63,272 nt of DNA, filler included, from 12 parts of 12 records of this genome joined end to end with filler, not necessarily neighbours in it; one strand, 5' to 3'. Shown: positions 38,342 to 50,188, counted from the first letter of the whole stretch. Notes: generated from the letters alone by a model not told the origin. Numbers and translations: made by a program.

Positions 38342-39394
38342 ATGACAGATATTGCGCAGTTGCTTGGCAAAGACGCCGACAACCTTTTACAGCACCGTTG
38401 TATGACAATTCCTTCTGACCAGCTTTATCTCCCCGGACATGACTACGTAGACCGCGTAATGATTGACAATAATCGCCCGCCAGCGGTGTTACGTAATATG
38501 CAGACGTTGTACAACACCGGGCGTCTGGCTGGCACAGGATATCTTTCTATTCTGCCGGTTGACCAGGGCGTTGAGCACTCTGCCGGAGCTTCATTTGCTG
38601 CTAACCCGCTCTACTTTGACCCGAAAAACATTGTTGAACTGGCGATCGAAGCGGGCTGTAACTGTGTGGCGTCAACTTACGGCGTGCTGGCGTCGGTATC
38701 GCGGCGTTATGCGCATCGCATTCCATTCCTCGTCAAACTTAATCACAACGAGACGCTAAGTTACCCGAATACCTACGATCAAACGCTGTATGCCAGCGTG
38801 GAGCAGGCGTTCAACATGGGCGCGGTTGCGGTTGGTGCGACTATCTATTTTGGCTCGGAAGAGTCACGTCGCCAGATTGAAGAAATTTCTGCGGCTTTTG
38901 AACGTGCGCACGAGCTGGGTATGGTGACAGTGCTGTGGGCCTATTTGCGTAACTCCGCCTTTAAGAAAGATGGCGTTGATTACCATGTTTCCGCCGACCT
39001 GACCGGTCAGGCAAACCATCTGGCGGCAACCATCGGTGCAGATATCGTCAAACAAAAAATGGCGGAAAATAACGGCGGCTATAAAGCAATTAATTACGGT
39101 TACACCGACGATCGTGTTTACAGCAAATTGACCAGCGAAAACCCGATTGATCTGGTGCGTTATCAGTTAGCTAACTGCTATATGGGTCGGGCTGGGTTGA
39201 TAAACTCCGGCGGTGCTGCGGGCGGTGAAACTGACCTCAGCGATGCAGTGCGTACTGCGGTTATCAACAAACGCGCAGGCGGAATGGGGCTGATTCTTGG
39301 ACGTAAAGCGTTCAAGAAATCGATGGCTGACGGCGTGAAACTGATTAACGCCGTGCAGGACGTTTATCTCGATAGCAAAATTACTATCGCCTGA
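38342..39394 (+). CDS. fbaB: Class I fructose-bisphosphate aldolase
   Basis: 350 aa from [16 protein letters not shown] Schiff-base lysine. Confidence 0.96.
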
Positions 39395-39421
39395 TACGCC
39401 TTATACGAACAACACCACCCC

Positions 39422-39534
39422 GTAGGACGGATAAGGCGTTTACGCTGCATCCGGCAACCTATGCCTGATGCGACGCTGAAGCGTCTTATCATGCCTACAT
39501 AGCACTGCCACGTATGTTTACACCGCATCCGGCA
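39422..39534. repeat. REP/BIME cluster downstream of fbaB
   Basis: GTAGGACGGATAAGGCGTTTACGCTGCATCCGGCA and ATGCCTGATGCGACGCTGAAGCGTCTTATCATGCCTAC. Confidence 0.88.
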
Positions 39535-39572
39535 TAAAAACACGCGCACTTTGCTACGGCTTCCCTATCGGG

Positions 39573-39672
39573 NNNNNNNNNNNNNNNNNNNNNNNNNNNN
39601 NNNNNNNNNNNNNNNNTTAATTAATTAANNNNNNNNNNNNNNNNNNNNNNNNNNNNNNNNNNNNNNNNNNNN
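39573..39672. other. Artificial contig spacer
   Basis: 44 N + TTAATTAATTAA + 44 N. Confidence 0.99.
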
Positions 39673-39700
39673 GGATAAGGCGTTCACGCCGCATCCGACA
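39673..39700. repeat. Partial REP at contig start
   Basis: GGATAAGGCGTTCACGCCGCATCCGACA. Confidence 0.85.
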
Positions 39701-39765
39701 AAACATCCGGCACACCAGACAGCAAAAGATTTTAAAACGTTAATTCACACCCAGGAGTGATAAAG

Positions 39766-40479
39766 ATGCAAAAGCAAGCTGAGTTGTATCGTGGTAAAGC
39801 GAAAACCGTATACAGCACGGAAAACCCGGACCTGTTGGTGCTCGAATTCCGCAATGATACGTCAGCAGGGGATGGCGCGCGCATTGAGCAGTTTGATCGC
39901 AAAGGTATGGTGAACAACAAGTTCAACTACTTCATTATGAGCAAACTGGCTGAAGCGGGTATCCCGACTCAAATGGAGCGTCTGCTCTCCGATACCGAAT
40001 GTCTGGTGAAAAAGCTGGATATGGTGCCGGTTGAGTGTGTCGTGCGTAACCGTGCTGCTGGCTCTCTGGTGAAACGTCTTGGAATCGAAGAAGGTATTGA
40101 GCTGAACCCGCCGCTGTTCGATCTGTTCCTGAAAAACGACGCCATGCACGATCCGATGGTCAACGAATCTTACTGCGAAACCTTTGGCTGGGTGAGCAAA
40201 GAGAACCTGGCGCGTATGAAAGAGCTGACCTACAAAGCGAACGACGTGCTGAAAAAACTGTTCGATGATGCTGGTCTGATTCTGGTCGACTTCAAGCTGG
40301 AATTTGGTCTGTACAAAGGCGAAGTGGTACTGGGTGATGAGTTCTCCCCGGACGGTAGCCGCCTGTGGGACAAAGAAACGCTGGAGAAAATGGACAAAGA
40401 CCGTTTCCGCCAGAGCCTCGGTGGCCTGATCGAAGCCTATGAAGCCGTCGCCCGCCGCCTGGGTGTACAGCTGGACTGA
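39766..40479 (+). CDS. purC: SAICAR synthetase
   Basis: [25 protein letters not shown]; 237 aa. Confidence 0.97.
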
Positions 40480-40646
40480 TTTTTCTGTTCATCATCTTGC
40501 CGTGCAGCTGGCACGGCAAGACAACCGCTCTCGGAATATATGCATTGAACGCTCATTCCTCCGCCATTTCATCCCGCTTTCCTGTGGTAATCTTCCTCTG
40601 AACCACCTACGATCATTTCTATAATGAATATATTGTTGAGGTATCT

Positions 40647-41510
40647 ATGCGTTGGCAAGGGCGACGTGAAAGTGACAATGTTGAAGACAGGCGCAACAGC
40701 TCTGGTGGTCCATCTATGGGCGGTCCCGGTTTTCGCCTGCCAAGCGGTAAAGGCGGGCTGATTTTACTGATAGTCGTGCTGGTTGCAGGCTACTATGGTG
40801 TTGATTTAACCGGGTTGATGACCGGGCAGCCGGTTTCCCAACAACAATCAACGCGGTCAATTAGCCCAAATGAAGACGAAGCCGCAAAATTCACCTCGGT
40901 GATTCTGGCAACCACGGAAGACACCTGGGGACAACAGTTCGAGAAGATGGGTAAGACCTATCAGCAACCGAAGCTGGTCATGTACCGTGGAATGACGCGT
41001 ACCGGCTGCGGGGCGGGCCAGTCCATAATGGGGCCGTTCTATTGCCCGGCGGATGGCACGGTTTATATCGATCTCTCCTTCTATGATGACATGAAAGACA
41101 AACTTGGCGCGGATGGCGATTTTGCCCAGGGGTACGTTATCGCCCATGAAGTCGGTCATCATGTGCAGAAACTGTTAGGCATCGAGCCGAAAGTTCGTCA
41201 ACTGCAACAAAACGCGACGCAGGCGGAAGTAAACCGCTTATCTGTGCGTATGGAACTCCAGGCCGACTGTTTTGCCGGTGTCTGGGGGCATAGTATGCAG
41301 CAGCAAGGCGTTCTGGAAACCGGCGATCTGGAAGAGGCGCTGAACGCGGCGCAGGCCATCGGCGATGACCGTTTACAACAGCAAAGTCAGGGGCGAGTAG
41401 TACCAGACAGTTTCACTCATGGCACTTCTCAGCAACGCTACAGCTGGTTTAAACGTGGTTTCGACAGCGGCGATCCGGCACAATGCAATACTTTTGGTAA
41501 AAGCATTTAA
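40647..41510 (+). CDS. ypfJ: Putative neutral zinc metallopeptidase YpfJ
   Basis: HEVGHH zincin motif, ELQADC; 287 aa. Confidence 0.93.
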
Positions 41511-41524
41511 CTTCCGGGGCAGGG

Positions 41525-41709
41525 ATGGCTGAACTGACTGCGCTTCACACATTAACAGCGCAAATGAAACGTGAAGGGATCCGCCGCTTGCTGGTGTTGA
41601 GCGGGGAAGAGGGTTGGTGTTTTGAGCATACTCTTAAGTTGCGTGATGCCTTACCTGGCGACTGGCTGTGGATTTCGCCGCGGCCAGATGCTGAAAACCA
41701 CTGTTCTCC
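41525..41709 (+). CDS. tmcA: tRNA(Met) cytidine acetyltransferase, N-terminal fragment
   Basis: MAELTALHTLTAQMKREGIRRLLVLSG directly after ypfJ. Confidence 0.88.
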
Positions 41710-41809
41710 NNNNNNNNNNNNNNNNNNNNNNNNNNNNNNNNNNNNNNNNNNNNTTAATTAATTAANNNNNNNNNNNNNNNNNNNNNNNNNNNNNNNNNNN
41801 NNNNNNNNN
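41710..41809. other. Artificial contig spacer
   Basis: 44 N + TTAATTAATTAA + 44 N. Confidence 0.99.
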
Positions 41810-42073
41810 TTTTGCCGCGTCAAGGTCGACGTTATTGAAACCGGCACAGCGCAGGGCGATATATTTAACGCCGTGCTTTTTCAGCTCTTCCAGCACCGGG
41901 CGGCTGCCGTCATCGTTTACGAAAATACATACCGCTTCGCAGCCATTGGCAGTTTTAGCGGTTTTTTCCGTCAGCAGAAAGTCAAAAAATTCCAGCTCAA
42001 AGCCAAAGGACTCGTTCACCTGTTGCAGGTACTTCTTGTCGTACTGTTTTGTGCTATAAACGGCGAGTTTCAT
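41810..42073 (-). CDS. ldhA: Fermentative D-lactate dehydrogenase, N-terminal fragment
   Basis: MKLAVYSTKQYD...LRCAGFNNVD. Confidence 0.95.
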
Positions 42074-42280
42074 AAGACTTTCTCCAGTGATGTTGAATCA
42101 CATTTAAGCTACTAAAAATATTTTACAAAATTTCAAATTTAATTGAAAGCTATGGCGATATTGAAAAATTCATCAACAACTATGCTTAGTGTAGGCGCAA
42201 CCTTCAACTGAACGGTTAAACATGCCACAATACCCGTATTGAATGCTTAATTTTTCGCTAAATCAGGATATTAACTACCC

Positions 42281-44919
42281 ATGCTGGGTAAATATAAAGC
42301 CGTTCTCGCGCTGTTATTACTGATTATTCTTGTGCCGTTGACGCTGCTGATGACGCTCGGGCTGTGGGTTCCCACGCTGGCGGGCATCTGGCTACCGCTC
42401 GGGACACGTATTGCATTAGATGAAAGCCCACGCATTACGCGTAAAGGTTTAATCATTCCCGATCTCCGTTATCTGGTGGGAGATTGTCAGCTTGCGCATA
42501 TCACCAACGCCAGCCTTTCACATCCCAGCCGCTGGTTATTGAACGTCGGCACGGTAGAACTTGATTCTGCTTGTCTGGCGAAATTGCCGCAGACGGAGCA
42601 ATCGCCAGCCGCTCCAAAAACACTCGCGCAGTGGCAGGCCATGCTGCCTAACACCTGGATCAATATCGATAAACTGATTTTTTCTCCCTGGCAGGAATGG
42701 CAGGGAAAACTCTCTCTCGCATTAACCTCTGATATCCAGCAACTGCGTTATCAGGGCGAAAAAGTTAAATTTCAAGGCCAGCTGAAAGGGCAACAACTTA
42801 CAGTCAGCGAACTGGATGTCGTCGCGTTTGAAAATCAGCCGCGGTAAAAACTGGTGGGGAATTTGCTATGCCGCTCGTGCCGGATGGACTTCCTGTAAGT
42901 GGGCATGCTACTGCGACGTTAAACTTGCCGCAGGAACCGTCACTGGTGGATGCCGAGCTGGACTGGCAGGAAAATAGCGGGCAATTGATCGTGCTGGCAC
43001 GGGATAACGGCGATCCGTTGCTCGATTTGCCGTGGCAAATTACTCGTCAACAATTGACCGTAAGCGATGGTCGCTGGAGCTGGCCGTATGCAGGTTTTCC
43101 TTTGAGTGGCCGACTGGGTGTCAAAGTCGACAACTGGCAGGCAGGGCTTGAGAACGCTCTGGTCAGCGGACGACTGAGTGTGCTGACCCAGGGGCAAGCG
43201 GGTAAGGGCAACGCGGTGCTTAATTTTGGCCCAGGAAAATTAAGCATGGATAACAGTCAGCTGCCTCTGCAGCTGACCGGTGAAGCGAAACAGGCGGACC
43301 TCATTTTATATGCCCGTTTACCTGCGCAGCTAAGTGGAAGTCTGTCTGACCCAACGCTGACCTTTGAGCCAGGCGCGTTACTTCGTTCAAAGGGAAGAGT
43401 CATCGATTCGCTGGACATCGATGAAATCCGCTGGCCTTTAGCGGGTGTAAAAGTCACCCAACGTGGTGTTGACGGACGTTTGCAGGCCATCTTGCAGGCG
43501 CATGAAAATGAACTGGGCGATTTCGTGCTGCATATGGATGGGCTGGCGAATGATTTTCTCCCTGACGCTGGCCGCTGGCAGTGGCGCTACTGGGGAAAAG
43601 GGAGTTTTACACCGATGAATGCCACCTGGGATGTCGCAGGAAAAGGTGAGTGGCATGACAGCACGATTACGCTGACCGATCTCTCCACCGGTTTCGACCA
43701 GTTACAATACGGTACGATGACGGTAGAAAAGCCGCGATTAATTCTCGACAAGCCCATCGTCTGGGTACGTGACGCACAGCATCCCTCCTTTAGCGGCGCG
43801 CTGTCACTGGACGCCGGGCAAACGCTGTTCACTGGCGGCAGTGTGTTACCGCCATCAACCTTAAAATTTAGCGTCGATGGGCGCGATCCTACCTATTTCC
43901 TCTTTAAAGGCGATTTACATGCTGGTGAGATTGGCCCGGTTCGGGTAAATGGTCGCTGGGACGGTATTCGTCTGCGCGGTAACGCCTGGTGGCCTAAACA
44001 ATCACTGACCGTATTCCAGCCGCTGGTGCCACCCGACTGGAAGATGAACTTACGCGATGGTGAACTGTATGCTCAGGTTGCATTTTCTGCTGCGCCTGAA
44101 CAAGGATTCCGCGCGGGAGGACACGGCGTGTTGAAAGGCGGTAGTGCCTGGATGCCAGATAATCAGGTTAACGGTGTCGATTTTGTCCTGCCTTTCCGTT
44201 TTGCCGATGGAGCCTGGCATCTGGGGACTCGCGGCCCCGTTACGTTGCGAATTGCCGAAGTGATTAATCTGGTGACAGCGAAAAATATTACGGCTGATTT
44301 GCAAGGGCGTTATCCGTGGACTGAAGAAGAACCCTTGCTGTTGACTGATGTTAGCGTCGATGTGTTAGGCGGTAACGTACTGATGAAACAATTACGTATG
44401 CCGCAACATGACCCGGCGCTGTTGCGGCTGAATAATCTCTCATCCAGCGAACTGGTTAGCGCCGTCAATCCGAAACAATTCGCCATGTCCGGGGCATTTA
44501 GTGGTGCACTGCCGTTATGGCTGAACAATGAAAAATGGATTGTGAAAGATGGCTGGCTGGCGAATAGCGGGCCGATGACATTGCGACTGGATAAAGACAC
44601 TGCGGATGCGGTGGTAAAAGACAATATGACTGCGGGTTCAGCAATTAACTGGTTGCGCTATATGGAAATTAGCCGTTCATCGACAAAAATTAATTTAGAT
44701 AATCTCGGTTTATTAACCATGCAGGCCAACATTACAGGTACCAGTCGCGTTGATGGTAAAAGCGGTACGGTAAACCTTAATTACCATCATGAAGAGAATA
44801 TTTTTACGCTGTGGCGCAGTTTACGCTTTGGCGATAATCTCCAGGCATGGCTGGAGCAGAACGCACGTCTGCCGGGAAATGACTGTCCGCAAGGAAAAGA
44901 GTGTGAGGAAAAACAATGA
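42281..44919 (+). CDS. ydbH: AsmA-like lipid-bridge protein YdbH, apparent frameshift at 42841-42861
   Basis: ORFs 42281-42847 and 42868-44919 together span 2639 nt = 3n-1; followed by ynbE and ydbL. Confidence 0.9.
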
Positions 44920-45101
44920 AAATTTTACTGGCTGCGTTGACGTCATCTTTTATGCTGGTTGGCTGTACGCCTCGCATTGAAGTCGCTGCACCTAAGGAAC
45001 CGATCACTATCAATATGAACGTTAAAATTGAGCATGAGATCATCATCAAGGCAGACAAAGATGTCGAAGAGCTGCTTGAAACTCGTAGCGATCTTTTCTG
45101 A
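44916..45101 (+). CDS. ynbE: Lipoprotein YnbE
   Basis: Lipobox LVGC; 61 aa. Confidence 0.93.
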   Translation: MKILLAALTSSFMLVGCTPRIEVAAPKEPITINMNVKIEHEIIIKADKDVEELLETRSDLF

Positions 45102-45108
45102 GGTGATG

Positions 45109-45392
45109 ATGAAGAAAACATTACTTCTTTGTGCGTTTCTTGTTGGGCTGGTAAGCAGCAATGTAATGGCATTGACTCTGGATGAAGCCAGAACTCAGGG
45201 GCGGGTAGGTGAAACATTTTACGGTTATCTGGTTGCGCTGAAAACGGATGCTGAAACAGAGAAATTAGTAGCCGACATTAATGCCGAACGTAAAGCGAGT
45301 TACCAACAACTGGCAAAGCAAAATAATGTGTCGGTAGATGATATCGCGAAACTCGCCGGGCAAAAGCTCGTAGCTCGGGCCAAACCGGGGGA
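45109..45392 (+). CDS. ydbL: Periplasmic protein YdbL (cut by contig end)
   Basis: Signal peptide MKKTLLLCAFLVGLVSSNVMA; third gene of ydbH-ynbE-ydbL. Confidence 0.88.
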
Positions 45393-45492
45393 NNNNNNNN
45401 NNNNNNNNNNNNNNNNNNNNNNNNNNNNNNNNNNNNTTAATTAATTAANNNNNNNNNNNNNNNNNNNNNNNNNNNNNNNNNNNNNNNNNNNN
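45393..45492. other. Artificial contig spacer
   Basis: 44 N + TTAATTAATTAA + 44 N. Confidence 0.99.
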
Positions 45493-46651
45493 TACTTACC
45501 GCCGCGCCAAGTCGACTCATGGCAGTGGCAAAACCGACGCCCAGCGAGCGAATGTCAGTAGGAAAACTTTCCGCAGGCAAAATGCCCACCAGATTACTGA
45601 CTGCCGAAATGGTGGTGCTGAAGAGAACAAAAAGCAGCAGCGTTAATGAACTGCCGGAAGGCAAACAGGCCATGACTACCAGCGTTGCCGCCAGCAGCAA
45701 AAAACTTCCCAGCAAAAATTTGCGATGTGCCAGCAGGTGCGTCAGAACTAATCCCAGCAGCGCGCCCACAATTAACAACGCATTAAGCATCAGGCTGGCA
45801 GTCAGCGCATCTTCCAGACCAATAGTCTGGGCGATAGTTGGCAGCCAGGTATAAATCACAAACCATGGGATTACGAGGCAGACAAAGAAGACGCTGTTAA
45901 ACGCCGTGCGCCGCCAGTAACGCGAAGAGAACAAGGTTTTGATGTGTTTATGGGTCGCCGTTACCACTTCATCGCCCAGTAAAACATGGGGACCAAAATA
46001 GCGATGCACGATAGCGTGAGCTTCTGCAAAACGCCCCTGGCGCAGTAGCCAGCGTGGTGATTCTGGCGTTCCCCAGCGTAATAACGTAATCAACAACGCG
46101 GGCAGAGCTGCCGATGCCAGTAGCCAGCGCCAGGCCTCCGGGTTTTCGGAAATAAAGTGATGTCCGGCAATACTTGCCAGCACATAGCCTACGGTCCACA
46201 CCACGCTGAATGCGCCCAGCAAAATACCGCGATGGCGGCGCGGGGAAAATTCAGCCAGCAAGGTGTGACCTACTGAATAATCGCCTCCCAGACCAATGCC
46301 AATCAAAATGCGCAGTCCAATAAGATGCTCTGGCGTGGTGGCAAAAAATTGTAAAAACGAAGCAAGCGTAATCAGCAAAAAGCTGAAGGTGAAGATTTTT
46401 TGCCGACCAATATGGTCGGAGATCCACCCAAGAACCAGGCTGCCAAGGAACAAACCAAGGAGCGCCGAGCCGCCGATCATTCCCGCCATAAACGGCGTCA
46501 GTTGCATGGCGGGCGTAAGCTGAATAATGGCGTAACCAATGACGCCGAGAACATAACCGTCGGTCAGGTGTGCGCCGAAAGTGAGCGCAGCAATGCGGCA
46601 GTGAAAACGGTTAAGCGGTAAATCATCCATTCGCACCGGTGAAGTGTTCAT
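45493..46651 (-). CDS. ygcS: MFS transporter YgcS (3' end cut)
   Basis: MFS motifs GWISDHIGRQ, PESPRWL; downstream of ygcU. Confidence 0.88.
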
Positions 46652-46744
46652 CTTTACCCCTTCATTGTCCGGTAATAAGAACGGCTTCTCGCCTGAGAAG
46701 CCGAAAAGGCAACGCCCCGTCATCGCGGAACGCTGCCTGACACA

Positions 46745-48101
46745 TTATTTTTCAATCGGATAGATAGTACCCGTATTCATAATGCCATTAGGATCGAACT
46801 GCTTTTTCAGCCCTTCCAGCAACGCCCACGCGCTGCCGTGTTCCAGTTTGCTCCAGTGAACGCGATGTTTACCGATACCGTGGTGGTGCACCATCGAACC
46901 GCCGAGGCGAATGGTTTCTTCACAGATGATCTTGTTGAGCGGATTGTGGTACTTGTCGATTTCCTCTTCCGGCTTACAGTCAACGACGTTGTAATCGTAG
47001 ACGAAGTACATGTTGGTGCCGTTCTGATAGCTATGAGAGGAATGACCGCCCAGCATGGTGATGTCGTCGGCGTGCGGGAACTCAGTACGAATACGGTTAA
47101 TAACGCTTTCGTAGATTTCGTGGATGCAGCTCCAGCAGCCGGATACTTCGGTGGTAAAGCCCATGTTGCCGGTTTTGAGGATCTGCACACGTTCGGCAGC
47201 CACTTTATCCGGTCCCCAGTTCAGGTTGTTAAACCAGGTTTCGATCAGCTTGCTGTCCACGCGCTGGCATTGCGGGTAGCGGGCAACGATTTCCGCAATC
47301 CCTTCGCCCGTCACCTTCGCAATGCGAGGGTTACCTTCAGCCATAAAGATCAGCACGCATTTTCCGTCGGCAAAATGGGTGAAGTGTTGGGTGCCATCTT
47401 CAGCGTCATACAAACGAGCGATTGACGGACGATACCCTTCCACCATGATTTCACGCAGGATGTTGAAGCCGGTTTTCATGTCTTCCAGGATATAGCCGTA
47501 GAAGAGGTTGTTTTCCGGGGTGAATTTAAAGATTTTCACTGTTACTTCAGTGATATAGCACAATGCACCTTCGTTGCCGATGATGATGTGACGAATGTCC
47601 GGGCCAGCCGCGCGGCGTGGCACGTTTTTAATGCGTGTGACGGTGCCATCAGCCAATACTGCTTCCAGACCAACGACCATATCTTCGATTGCGCCGTAGA
47701 GTGTGGAGAACTGCCCGATACTTCGGGTTGCTACCAGGCCGCCCATCTGCGCCAGCGGCTTTGACTGCGGAGAATGCCCCGTGGTGTAACCTTTTTCACG
47801 CAACGCGTTTTCCAGCACTTCCAGCGGAACACCACATTGCGCCGTCGCCTGCATATTCTCAATATCAATATTAATGATTTGATTCATGGCGGAGCCGTCG
47901 AGCACCACCGAGTTTTCTACAACAGTTTCCAGCCCACCTTCGGTGGCGGAAGCACCGGTACGCGGCACACCGTTAATTTTGTGCGCATTCATAAAATTCA
48001 GCACACGGGATACTTGCTCTGTGGAACCGAGTTTTACGACCGCTGCCGGAATCGGCAAAGTATAAATGCCATGAATATCCGGAAATTTACGAAAACGGTC
48101 A
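46745..48101 (-). CDS. ygcU: FAD-linked oxidase/dehydrogenase YgcU (5' end cut)
   Basis: VAO/alkyl-DHAP-synthase-like; HHHGIGK...FDPNGIMNTG C-terminus. Confidence 0.88.
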
Positions 48102-48201
48102 NNNNNNNNNNNNNNNNNNNNNNNNNNNNNNNNNNNNNNNNNNNNTTAATTAATTAANNNNNNNNNNNNNNNNNNNNNNNNNNNNNNNNNNNNNNNNNNN
48201 N
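48102..48201. other. Artificial contig spacer
   Basis: 44 N + TTAATTAATTAA + 44 N. Confidence 0.99.
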
Positions 48202-48202
48202 G

Positions 48203-48934
48203 GTTGCGTACCGTGCGCAGGCGCTGCCCCCGGGGTACCAGTTCGTGGGGTCGGCTGGGGTCAGTCCCGAGCAGGACGAGGTTCGGACGGTCGGCTCCTC
48301 GGACCAGCTGCTGCGGCGGCGGGAGGAGGGTGAGTCGCAGGATGACGGGAGCACGCCGCCAAGGATCGAAGTGGAGGACTACTCGTACATCCAGGTGGTG
48401 CCCGAGCCCGAGTCTGACAGTGGGGACTCGCCCCCGCAGCCCGTGTGGACCCCGCAGCAGCCCCACGACGCTGCGTACGGCCGCTCCCCGCCCTCCGTCT
48501 CCGCCAGCGACACGCCCCCGATGCGCGCCTCCTCGTCTACGGAGCCGCTGACCATCGTGCGGATGCCGGCGGAGACACAACGCACGGACAACACATCTCC
48601 TCCCGGGACCCCGCCTATCCATGAGGAGGACCAGCCGCCGCTGATGATGTCGCCCGTGTCGACGGTGATTGTGGACCTGTCTGCGGACTCCGTGGTCAGC
48701 TCGCCGTCCACTGTGGTGTCGCAGCACATGCAGTATGCGGGACCCTCGACACCCTCGCAGCTCACACTCACACCGGCCACGGACATCACCACCACCGCCA
48801 CTATGATCACACCGAGAACGGTCACGTTTCCCCCTACGCCTGAGCAGTGGGCCATGTCGCCCCCGGCCGGTGCGTTTCGGACGGTGGCTGTGAATTTGGA
48901 TCAGCGGCTGCGAGAATCGCTGGAGCACTTGTAG
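48203..48934 (+). CDS. C-terminal part of an unknown Pro/Ser/Thr-rich, probably disordered protein (5' end missing)
   Basis: Frame open from contig edge (VAYRAQALPPGYQFVGSAG...) to TAG at 48932-48934; many SP/TP dipeptides; strong G/C third-position bias. Confidence 0.6.
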   Translation, partial: VAYRAQALPPGYQFVGSAGVSPEQDEVRTVGSSDQLLRRREEGESQDDGSTPPRIEVEDYSYIQVVPEPESDSGDSPPQPVWTPQQPHDAAYGRSPPSVSASDTPPMRASSSTEPLTIVRMPAETQRTDNTSPPGTPPIHEEDQPPLMMSPVSTVIVDLSADSVVSSPSTVVSQHMQYAGPSTPSQLTLTPATDITTTATMITPRTVTFPPTPEQWAMSPPAGAFRTVAVNLDQRLRESLEHL

Positions 48935-49590
48935 TGAACCTCGCCAGCCACTACGCCGCCACGTGGCCAGAATGTGCCGTTGAATCTGAATCTGAGAATG
49001 TGACGATGTAACAAAGGGGGACAGGTCGCAATGTGGTGGAATAGGGATAGTGTGTATTGGGGGTGCGAACCCGCTGCAACGCCGCGTGATTCGTGGTGGG
49101 AAGGGTTTGCACAGAGTGCAGTTCATAAGCTTCACATATTTTTGATACGTAAATCTGTAAGTAATTCGGAGAGAGTGTGTGTAACTGGGCGTTCTTTAGT
49201 TGGTTATTATTGATATCGTAAATAATATACTCGATGGGCATACGTGCTGACAAACACAGTTCGCCGCTGCAAAAAAACGATCGGTCCCACGCAAGTTGAC
49301 AGATGTATGTCATGGCAGGATCAACGGGGCAACAGGGCCGACGCGCGCGCACGGGAACCAGCCATCCGAACGACCGCGTACACAAGGTATGAATGTCAAC
49401 ACGGGACCGCTCACACCAGCACCGACTCCCAGACACCGGCACAATTAGACACTTGAGTCTGACCACGGATATACGGAGGCAATTGATGTGAATGCGCATC
49501 GCATCCATAGGATCGGCTTGGCCACAGAATCGCGATACCATACGTGCAACCTGCTTCATCGACCGTGACGGTGCCACTCCCCATATTGAT

Positions 49591-50188
49591 TCATTGTGTG
49601 GATGCCGCACGACGCACCAGCACGCGATACGTGAGTGGGGACCGCACCGTACGCTCTACTTCATCATACTGCGTCTCATCGACCGAAGGAAAGAAGACAT
49701 CACCCTCGTGTGGCACTATCATAACAAGCACGCCCGAGAGGCATCGTGTTAGTGAAACAGCTGAGAGGCAGCATATATAAAGATATCAATTTTGCTATAC
49801 GATGTGCAGTACACCAGCGAACCCCCACCACAAGCACACACCATCAATCTCGGTCAGGTACAGATGCGTGGCCAGCGGAAGACTGTCGGCGTACACCTTG
49901 GTCCCGCCGCAGATGAAAGGCATCGGGTCCGACTCCCACGCAGCCTCCAGCGCAGCAGCCAGTGTCGGCACCACCTGCACACAGCACAATCAGAGCGCAC
50001 AGCAACAACAGGACGGTTGTGCGGAAACAGTGATTCAATAGGATGAGGACCAAGAGCATGCACCGCACGGGAAGAGTACGAAGGAGTGGTACCTCGATGC
50101 CATCGGCCTTGTACGCCACATCGGAAGTGATAATGATGTTCCGGCGTCCTTTCAAAGGTTTTCCAACGGATTCGTACGTACGACGTCC
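49591..50188 (-). CDS. Intron-containing dihydrofolate reductase, partial: exons 50093-50188, 49842-49974, 49591-49715; N-terminal exon(s) beyond contig end
   Basis: Spliced: GRRTYESVGKPLKGRRNIIITSDVAYKADGIE|VVPTLAAALEAAWESDPMPFICGGTKVYADSLPLATHLYLTEID|VPHEGDVFFPSVDETQYDEVERTVRSPLTYRVLVRRAASTQ*; DHFR motifs GRxT..S, PL.GR.N, GG..VY, YLT.I, EGD..FP. Confidence 0.88.
49716..49841 (-). other. Spliceosomal intron (126 nt, phase 1) in the DHFR gene
   Basis: GATG|GTGTGTG...CACTAAC (49748-49754)...TTATGATAG|TGCCA; removal joins YLTEID to VPHEGDVFFP. Confidence 0.85.
49975..50092 (-). other. Spliceosomal intron (118 nt, phase 0) in the DHFR gene
   Basis: GAG|GTACCAC...TCTGATTGTGCTGTGTGCAG|GTG; removal restores the DHFR frame. 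Confidence 0.82.

Noticed and set aside
48330-48340. GTGAGT donor-like sequence in the Pro/Ser/Thr-rich ORF
   Set aside because: The frame stays open with uniform codon bias, so no intron is needed
48146-49135. 329-aa Arg/Gly/His-rich minus-strand ORF in the foreign contig
   Set aside because: Antisense shadow of the GC-rich + strand ORF; no motifs, and it runs into the spacer
49795-50155. Short DHFR-like ORFs read as a frameshifted bacterial dfr pseudogene or cassette
   Set aside because: The interruptions are 118- and 126-nt inserts with GT/AG ends and a branch point, not indels; no attC or IS features seen
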